Assembly: GCF_964204645.1 (NCBI RefSeq)
Contig: NC_134027.1
Span: 22,592,560 to 22,656,559 of the forward strand
Source of the DNA: Tubulanus polymorphus
Lineage: Eukaryota; Animalia; Nemertea
DNA: 64,000 nucleotides
Direction: 5' to 3'
Made by a program: the position numbers and the translations under genes. Position 1 is the stretch's first letter. Each line of letters begins with the position of its first letter. Below, piece after piece: positions 51,101 to 61,000 of the stretch. Below the pieces are notes generated by a model. That model saw nothing but the letters and a program-made list of their open reading frames with translations. It searched no databases and had not been told where the DNA came from.

Positions 51101-52020
51101 GTAGTACATTGTACGCGAATCTAAAAACCTGACCAGAAACCAGATTTTTTTCATTGCGCTAAGAAAATAGTTCACTTGACAATTTACATAATAATATATC
51201 ATAAAAATTTCTCTATGACCTGAATTAAACTATCGTCGATTCAGATGGGAAAGACTTGTTCAAGTATATTGATTACTAGAAACAAGTCGCGCGTTTGTGA
51301 CAAAAAGTCCAACAAATCAAGTTAAAACGTTTCACCGTAAACCCGGCTTAATCCGGATCGTTCGAGACCGATGAAATTCGTCGGGCAATCGAGAAATTTG
51401 GATTAAAACAAAACATTCTACCATCATTTACGCAGCATTTATGCAGCACACATGTACTGTAATCAAAATTCCGACTAGATCCAGAGATTAAGAGGAATTC
51501 GATTTAAAAATCTAAATCCATTTAAAGTATTTTTTTCATCTTTGAGATTACAACATGCATTTTACCGCAATCTCATAATATGTATTTCTTACTGGCCTCA
51601 AACTTCGGAACAATGTAAACATTTCAATACAAGTTGCCATTTTTGTTTATGTAATATATTTGGCACTTTCGTGTTATCGATCGACTTTTTTCGAGTCAAG
51701 TCATAGACCCTCCCAGAAGAGCTGGCTGCCGTCATAAATCCCCGACGGCATCGTGAGCCTCGGCCATGTTCTTCCCTCGCAAGGATTTGAACCTGATGGC
51801 ATCGCGAGACTCTACCATGTTCTTCCCTCACGGAGACCCGAACCTGGCCGCATGCTTCCCATACAGAGGATTTTGAACCTGATTGTGGCAGTCTCAGGAT
51901 ACCATTGGATTCAAATACGACATCATTAAATTGAAAAAAAAAATGGTAACAGAATCGATGTCATCGCGGTAACAAGGTCACGCGACGGCTGTTCTGAAAG
52001 GGTCTATACAGTACTGACAT

Positions 52021-55000
52021 CTATTGGCATTCGTTGTAATGTTTCGCTTTGGTTTGAATATAACCTAAGTATTCAGTCATACGTTTGCTAAGAGCAGCGA
52101 TTTCGCCGGATAGATCTTTCAACGCTTTTTCGTTGTGTATAAACTGGTACTCCATGTCTGTAAAAATAAACAAAAACAAGCCGTTAGAAATGGGAACTCC
52201 GCACTCTACACTCTATTGGCAAGCGAGGATCAGAGACAGGTGTGCTAATGTCCAGTGCAGGTCATCAACTAATGCGGCAATCGAGGTTTTATTCCAATGA
52301 TCCCCTTGGTGTGCAGTAGGACATCGACTAATTTGGCAGTCAAGGATTCCACCTATGTAAGTGAGGATCGACCAGGTGTGCTGGTGTGCAGAACGACATC
52401 AATGAAATATTTCTTCTCAAATTCGATTAAGATTTACTGGCATGCCTAATTTCTCTAATTCAATGAATGGCTAACAATAAAAATTGCGCCATCTTTGAAC
52501 CCACAAGATTCATGTTAGTTGGTCCACGCGTAGAATTTTGGTTTGGCTCGACTTTAAGCGGGAGGCTGAATTTCTACACAAAAAGTTAATTGGCATTGAA
52601 TGAAACCTATCGCGGTATGTAAAGTAATGAATCAGCAAAAATAAAAATTACTTTTGAGATCTCTGTATTTCTTCGAAGTATCGAGCGCGAGTTTCGTAGC
52701 TTTCTCGCGAAGTCTGTTCGCCCGATCCCTCGCGTTGATCGTCATGTTGTATTTTTGGTCGATTTTGTCCGCCGCGTCTTTGTAACGTTTTTCGAGGTCG
52801 TCGGCGTCCTGGAAAAAATCGCACATTCGCGCTTATTACGAAACCGCGGTCATAAATTGAGACATACAAGGGCGGACCTAGGGTCTGATTCAGGGAGGCG
52901 TACAAATAGGTCGCATTATGTAATTAAAAGGGCACCCGCTCATCGGAAGAAATTACCCCCATTTCAGTATAGAGAACATGCTTATGAATCAAAATTTTTA
53001 AGTATCAGTTGATATTTCATCATTAATTTTATTGATTTTCCCTTAAAATTCCAGGGCAACTTGACATTCCAGACGGATGCGCACCCCCTGCACCTCCCCT
53101 TGGATCTGCCCTTGATCTAACTAATTCATTATCTTCATAAATCCCCAATGAAATCATTGATAACCGGGAGATGTGCAGATTCTTAAAGCATCGGTCATTG
53201 AAGTCCAGAGTTTCAAACCAGCTAGCTAGCTGCTGTATCTTGGTTAAACCAAGTCAAAACTGCTAACAATGCCCGAGTTGAGGTATGAAATAATTTGCTA
53301 CGGGTTTAAGTCGTGTACCAATCAGAAGTACAGTAGAGTATGCATCTTTTAGTTACTTAGTCAATAACCAGATAGGCTAACCTGACGACTACTATTTGAG
53401 AGCTAAAGTTCTCTAAATAAAAAAATCAACATCAGAATAATGTCTAGCTCATTTTCAATTAAACTATCATTCTGCATGTCAAATTGGTCTCATTTTTGGT
53501 GAAATTTACAATTCGAGATATCAGGTAGGCTGGTGTGTATTGATAAATCATACTGGTTCTAAGAAAACAAAGCCATCTGGTAATCCCACATTGGTATGTT
53601 AGGACGTAGTCCAATATCAAACCAAATCTTACAAGAGATGATCCCAACTGCTGCATCGAGTATAGTTTGTGCCGTCGTCTAAAATGCGTCGGTCGGCAGC
53701 AAATATGCAAACACTCGCAATGGTAAACCAAAAACGACAAGACAAGTTAATTTCTTTCTTCATGCCTACGCACGACTTACCTCTTTAGCCTTGTTTGCCA
53801 GTACAAGGGAACTGTTCGCTTGACTTTGGGCTTTGTCGACTGAATTCTTATTGACGGCGAACACTTTTTTCACTTCATCGGTTCGGTCTCGGAGATTCAT
53901 GACGTTGTGCAGAGATTTATTCGCAACTTTCAACGCGCTGTTCGTTTCAGACTCGACCTGTTCGCGAAAAACAATCGAGCGTAAGCCAGTTATTCTATTA
54001 CGACTGTGAGATCGGGGCATAGCGGGATTTTCACATTTTTCCACATTATCAGAATTTACTTTTTTTCACTTTTTTTTACATTAGAGTATTAAAAAAAAAT
54101 TTCGAAACAGAATTTTCATGAGTAAAATAAATTGATTATAGAATGGAAAACAGTGCTCAGTTGCCCCCACGTCAAGAAGTGAATTCAAGTTCAAAACAAT
54201 AGGCCTAAAAATAAACGAAGAGGAGCATTGAAAGATACACGCACTTATGCTTCAAAAGGTCAAACAATTCTGCAGAACAGCACATCGAAATTTTCTGCAA
54301 AACCAAAGTTCGTAAAATTTCACTCTCATCTTTGAAAATTTTAACCTCGATCACTATTTTCTACAGAAAGTTTTTCAGATTATTTTCTTTCTTCAAATTT
54401 TTCACATCAATCTCACCCATGCTTTCATTCTCACAGTAAATCTCGATCTAACACATTTACTGCTAACTAGGGATCATTCATTTATTACGTACGCATAAAA
54501 TTTGATTTTTTTCAACCCCCCTCCCCCTCTGTACGCAAAATCGGCCATTTTTTCTTATACATTAAGCATTACAGTACGCGATTGCACTGAATCCTCCCCC
54601 TCCCCTAATGCGTACGTAATAAATGAATGACCCCCTACGAGATATTTCTAAGTAGTAACACATACCATGGCCAGATCTTGTTCGGTTTTATCGATGGCAT
54701 TCGTAGCGTTATTAATCGCGGCGACGGCGGCGTCCTGAGCTCGTTCGGCCTCCTTCAACGCATCGGTAACGTACTGAGCCGTGTTCAATATCGTATCAGC
54801 CGCTTTCCTGTAAATGGTCGAACCCAAATCACATGTCTTATCAGACTACGCAGCGTTTTCAATAAGAAATTAACAAGCCAGGTCCCTTTGAAAAACAGGA
54901 GGGTCCCATAATATGTCACAGTCCCGGAAATGAAAGCGGTTTTGAAAAAACAGGCGGGTCCTTTAGAAATGACAGACGGGTCTGGGACCTGGCTCTTATT

Positions 55001-58000
55001 GAAAACACTGCTACGCTACAGATTTATCAATATCGATCAAAACTCCCAAGACGGATTTTCTTAAACGACGCCGAAGCCAATTCATCCCGTAGCCACCCAT
55101 TGGTGTTGCCATGATTGAACTGCGTGTGATGCTTGACACTTAAAAGCACATCTTCATATAAGAATATGGTCCGTAATCAGGGGCCAGTTTCACAGTCGTG
55201 ACTCAAGTCCTAAAGTGGTCTTAAATCTTAAGACTGGTCTTAAGTTGTTAGATTGGATATAGAACTAACATGGTCTTAGACTGGTCTTAAGTCTAAGCCA
55301 TGACTATGCAACCGGCCCCTGGTGTTTATTATGGTCAAGTCAGCCTGGAGCTAACCACGGTGTTGCTATGATTTTAAACCATATTTTATAAAATGGGAGA
55401 CATGCATGACCCCCAAAGCATAGCTTCATACTGAGTCTTGACCATGAAACTGGCCTAAGAGTTATTGAAATGATGAAATAGTTGACGTACTTGGCATCAT
55501 CGGCCCTGGTTTTCAGATCTTGCGCTTTACCGAGGTCGTCTCTCGTGGCGGCGAGGATTGCGTCGATGTTCGTCAGTCCTTCGATCGTTTTGTTTATCTG
55601 ATTCGCGAGTTCTTTGATTTGTTCGGGCGTCAACGAAATGCTCATTCCGAGTACCTCTTCGGCGACCTATAACGAAATTAGTCAGCATTTTACGAATCCG
55701 AAAAAATCTATCATCGGAATTACTGGACCAATGTAACCGATGGTATTCATCACCGATTGCGCCTGAGTTAAGCCAGCCGTAGGTCAACCTTGCGACGCGA
55801 CGCGATTTCGTGTTATGTCACAAGTCGGTTGCGACGCGATTTCCAGCGACTGTGTGCGACTAGTTGTTCCCAGTCGCAAGAGCACGTAGGTCGGTTGCGA
55901 CGGTGGCTCGCGTCGCAGAAAGTAGAACACGTGGGACTCATTGCGACCGGCGTCGCTGGCAGGCGCAAGGTAGCGTAAGTCGGTCAGTTGTTGCGATGCG
56001 ATCGTCGCTGGCGGTCGCAGTGAATCGCGTCGCAGTGAGTCGCAAGCCCGACCTACGCCCGGCTTTACAGATTCAGTTTCAGATTACAGGGTTCAGTTCG
56101 ATAGTTTGGTTACGATACTTACCGAGCGAATGCTCGCCGGTTTAGCTCCCTTTTCAGTCAGGAATATACTTATATCGTCGATCAGATACATCAGATCATC
56201 CAGATTATTTTTCGACTGGTTGCGCGCCAATGACGCGCGTCTGAACGCCTCTTCAGCCTCGAACTGCGCCCGATTCGACGCGACTTTCGCTTTCTGGATC
56301 TGATTTGAAAATGAAATAAAACGATACATAGATTTTTACATAAAAACAATGAAATTCACACGATAATTTCTTATAGAAAATTGTGGCTGGCTCCTGAATG
56401 ATCGACAAGTTGTGCTAATGTGGAGTAGGACATCAATGCCAGTTCAAATCAATATAGCCTACATTGTTCTCAAATTCAACAAAATCTAAATGAAAAACTA
56501 CTAAAATTTACTAAATTTTGATCAATTATTGATATGTCTTACTGTTAGGAAGGCCAACTGGAGGGATAGCCATGGCCCATGACATGGGGTCGCCATGCAA
56601 ACTGCATGAGTCTTCACGAATGTATATCCAGAAAGAGTAATTTTCAAATGAATAGAAAAGGAAAAAACAATACCAAAATTCAACGTACCTCTTCGAGAAT
56701 TTTGGAGCCTTCTTTTTCTTTCTCGTCGAGCGTCTTTTCAGCTTTTTCCGACCAATCTACCGCGCCGTCGGCTTTCGTGACGGCGCCCTTATCGCAGACG
56801 AGACCTCCGCCGCACGTGCCGCAGCCGGCACCACCGCATAACTCATCGCACGGACTCCCCGGAGCTCCGCAAACCTTCAACGAAAGCGATTACATTGATG
56901 ATCTCAGGAATTGTGACATTATTTCATATCTATACAATTAGGATTTTTGTCGCATTCGTTCACGTCAAGATGCAATAACATAAGCAGTTGCTGATCACAA
57001 TCTGAGCAGATTGAAATCACATTTTTAAAACATCAACACAGCTTGTGCATAGATTCTGAGCTCCGCAACATAAGGCATAAAGAGGGTATAAAAATATTCA
57101 TTATTCTTAAATTTCTTACACATTTTCATGATTTTTCTAATTTGTTTTCATAATCTTACAAGCGGATAACCATTTTTCAGCATGGCAGTTTCTATTTAGC
57201 GTCGTTGAAAACTCACCATTTCATTCAAGTCACCGATTCGGCCGTTCATATTGCCCAAGTGATCCTCGATTCGGTCGAGCGTTTTTTTGTTTGTTTCGAC
57301 CTGTTCGTCGAACGCGTCCTGGTCGCGGTCTAAAATATCTTGCGTTATCTGTCGTAGCTGAGCCGATCGACCGGTTGCGCTCGCCGTATTATCAACTTTA
57401 TACTGCGCCGCCTGTGATCTTCTTTGACTTTCCAGTATACTCTGATACGCACCTATGAAAAGAAACTACGAGCTCTAAGGATACCACGCCTGAAATCGTG
57501 AAATCCTTGCAGATCTGACGATTACGATTACGATTTCATTTACACTCCAAACATTTTCATGGTATATGGAGCTGACAATTTCAATATCTAACGCCCCCTG
57601 GTGAACAAATACAGAGCTATAAAATGGGCATCGTTTTGATGCTTTGCTCAAAGGGTTACTCGCGCGAGCATTCGGTTTTGCGCAAGTTTTTCAATTGTGC
57701 GTTCACGCGCTTGAACAGTAACTGCGGGCGTGAAAGCCTCAAGCGCGAGTGCGCGAACGCCTTCTCTCGAAGCTCAAATGCGTGAAGTGGACAGCCTACG
57801 CGTAAGATTCATAAAACCAATGAAAAACTCAAATATTGTAGAGAGAATCCCACAATAATAACGGAAAAAACAGTCCGAAAATGTAACTGGAGCTAGTAGT
57901 TTATTCGACATTTTGACTATATCCTAATGGCATCTTCAGGTATAAGGATATAGTCGAAACGTTGAATAAACTACTAGCTTCAGTTATATATTCGGACGGT

Positions 58001-61000
58001 TTTTTCTTTATTATTGTGGGATTCTCTCTACATCGCTTCGACACGGATAAAGTGTCTTATCGATCATGATCAAATATTTTAACGTACAACAAGAAACATC
58101 AGACATGATCGTCACCTTTAGCACCTTTAACTTTGCTCATCTTCCACAAATATTTTCATTATCAAGATTCCCTGGCGTGAAATGAAAACACCAAAAAACA
58201 CTTACCAACAATAGAACTAGACAAAACTAGAAATTTGGTCATGTACACAAAGCATACGTTTAAGCCAGTACAATAGTAAAGATGAAATAAAAATACAGCA
58301 ATTGAAAGTTCCAACTAAATTTAAGAAACGCATATTTTTTGTTTCTGTCGACAAATTAATAACTTTTTATTCACCACAATTTGCACTTGATTCCACTATC
58401 AACAAATAAACGTTCATGTGTGGTGTGCTATCATAAAAACAGTTTCAACAGTTGTTTTACGGCGGTTTTATCTTTATATTTTAAATGAGAACCATTTTTC
58501 TATGCATTATTCAAGGAGGGAGGCGATATCGTATATTTTATTCATATATATTGATAAGACCTTCTCAAGCACTCCTAAAACCTTAAAAACCTGGCGGCCT
58601 ACGCTTACATGTAGTGCAATGCATGAGGATTCATCATGAATATATGTGGTTGCGGGTTTCCCAAAATCTGCTTAACGGATGATCATCAAATATCTGAATA
58701 TCGCATTTACGTATTAGAGCTATAAAAATGTTCTCAAAAAATCATGCGTACACGAACGGGCGGAGTGGTGACTCAAAGACTTCATTAAGAGATGGAGTAT
58801 GCCTGAAGATCAAATAAAATCATTCGCGTTGGTGAATATTTTTGTAAACATCAGAATATCTACAGACATAACTCCTCAGTCATCCACAGCCTGGATATGG
58901 CACTGGCTTAAACATTTAATTCAATATGTAAATGTGAAGTATGGATGATAGAGTTTTGAAAGTTATTACTGTTATTATTATTACTGTTATTATTATCGTT
59001 ATTATTATTATTTTTATTATTATTATTATTATTATTATTACTTCTATAATCATTATAATTCTTTCAGGTGCAGTGACTTGTACAGCCTCTAGGCTTTCAC
59101 TGCTTCCTTCATTTAACTGTTATTTCTCTTCACTATTGTCGTTATTATATCTTGTACTTTAAGTTAAATGAAAAATAAATTATTAAAGTGTGCTGATAAG
59201 ACAAGCCACTAATGTCTGGTAGTTGTACTTATGTAGTGCATTTTCGATTAAAATGTCTTGCGTTCTGAACAAACTGAGAAGTGTGGACGATCATAAAATA
59301 TAGGAACGGTGACATACTATCAAATTGAGTCACGCGAAACTGATTGGTAGAACCTGCCATAGTTCAATATTGCCGGATAAGATTTCACCGTGGAAAATCG
59401 CTTCATGCCAGACTTTCGCAAGTCTCAAGTTCGCATTCAGTACTTTTTCATTAAGAACATCTATGAATCCAATATGGCTTCCGAAACTAAAAATAGCCCT
59501 TCCATCCGCGCGCAGGTGTAAATGAGCTCCGGTTACGAAACGGCCAATAGCCTCGTACCCTGGATCAGCCAAAGCTCGGTCCAGGATGCTCAACTGTCCG
59601 GCTTCGTCAATCGGTAGGTAAAAACAAGGAGTATGCCAGAATATCAAATCGAACTTTTCGTCTTCGCGAAGATTTTCGAAAACATCCGAATATCGCACCT
59701 CTCCCGGGACGGCGTGACGCTCGAAATTAACTTTAGTATTCTCCAAAGCTTGTCGGTTGATGTCGGTCGCCAGCACGTAGTTCAGCTTCGATTTATTACG
59801 CAAATAATGTACGACACTGACGCAACCAGTTCCGCACCCGATTTCTAGTAATCGAGCGCCGTCTACTGTCTGTACCGGTAAATTCAGCGCCATCGATTCG
59901 AAACCGCCGCGAAAGTACACGTCGCGAAAATGAACGAATTTTTCACCGCAAAACTCGAACTCGCGTCGACCTCCATCTTCAGTAATAAACTTCGAATTCA
60001 TTTCCTGCAGTCGTCTCGATTCAGTCAAAATCTCCTTAGTTTTCTCAAATTTTTCCAGGTCCAAAAAAGTCGCCATTTAAAAAAAATCTTTCCTCCAACT
60101 GTGAACCGTATAGATATAATACCTAATGAGTAAATGTGTCTTTATCGTTATCTGAAGTATATTTCGATTTGTAAGTGTTTGATGTTCTAGTTTTTGTTGT
60201 TCCTTATCATTCTAGAACCAATACAAGTATCAAACTGTTATCAAAATTTTTTCGATTTTTCAATATTTCGATTTGTAAGTGTTTAATGTTCAAGTTTTTG
60301 TTGTTCCTTATCATTCTAGAACCAATACAAGTGTCAAACTGTTATCCAAAATGGATCGAAATCTGTAAGAATGGAGATAATGTGATGCAATATCTGATTG
60401 CGGATTCTATAAGTTACATGAAAGTAGATGATAGCTAGTGTGCTGTTGATTCTATTGTAATAAAATTACTCATAAAAACAGAAAATTACTGTATTTAGCC
60501 TTAAAATACTGGAATACTAAACACCAGTCAACTCAGATCAGCCTTTTGATAATATATAACCAGTAATAAACTGTTTCAGGTCAAAGGTTAGTGACGTGTG
60601 AAAATCAGCGGCATGTAACTCTAGCTAGCCAATCAAAACCCTAACGCTAGGTCACCAGACCATCTGTGCCATGTAACCCTAGCAGCAAATCACAGCCCAA
60701 TCCTAACCACCAAGCAGAAGATTTGTCACTTCAATAGCCATCAGTTCTCATTGAACTTCATTCATGCTTTAATCGCTTCAAGGGCATTTAGTAATATCAA
60801 GTTATGAACCATCAAATTTGCAATCAAAAACAATCCAAATCCGAGATAGCTGCAGGGTGCTGGCTTAAGTGCGACAGGGTCTGAGCTCCACAGTTTCAAT
60901 TTCCAGATTAGAGGAAGAATTAATCCATCCCATCGATGTAACGAAAGTACGCAGACAGAAACAATAAAGAAACCGATTCATCACCGTTATCATCAATTTA

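Larger units (their letters stand above)
42742..51780 (+). repeat. Tandem segmental duplication, copy 2
   Basis: Colinear with 34781-42597; retains segments missing from copy 1 (about 47910-48850 and 50440-51585). Confidence 0.92.
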
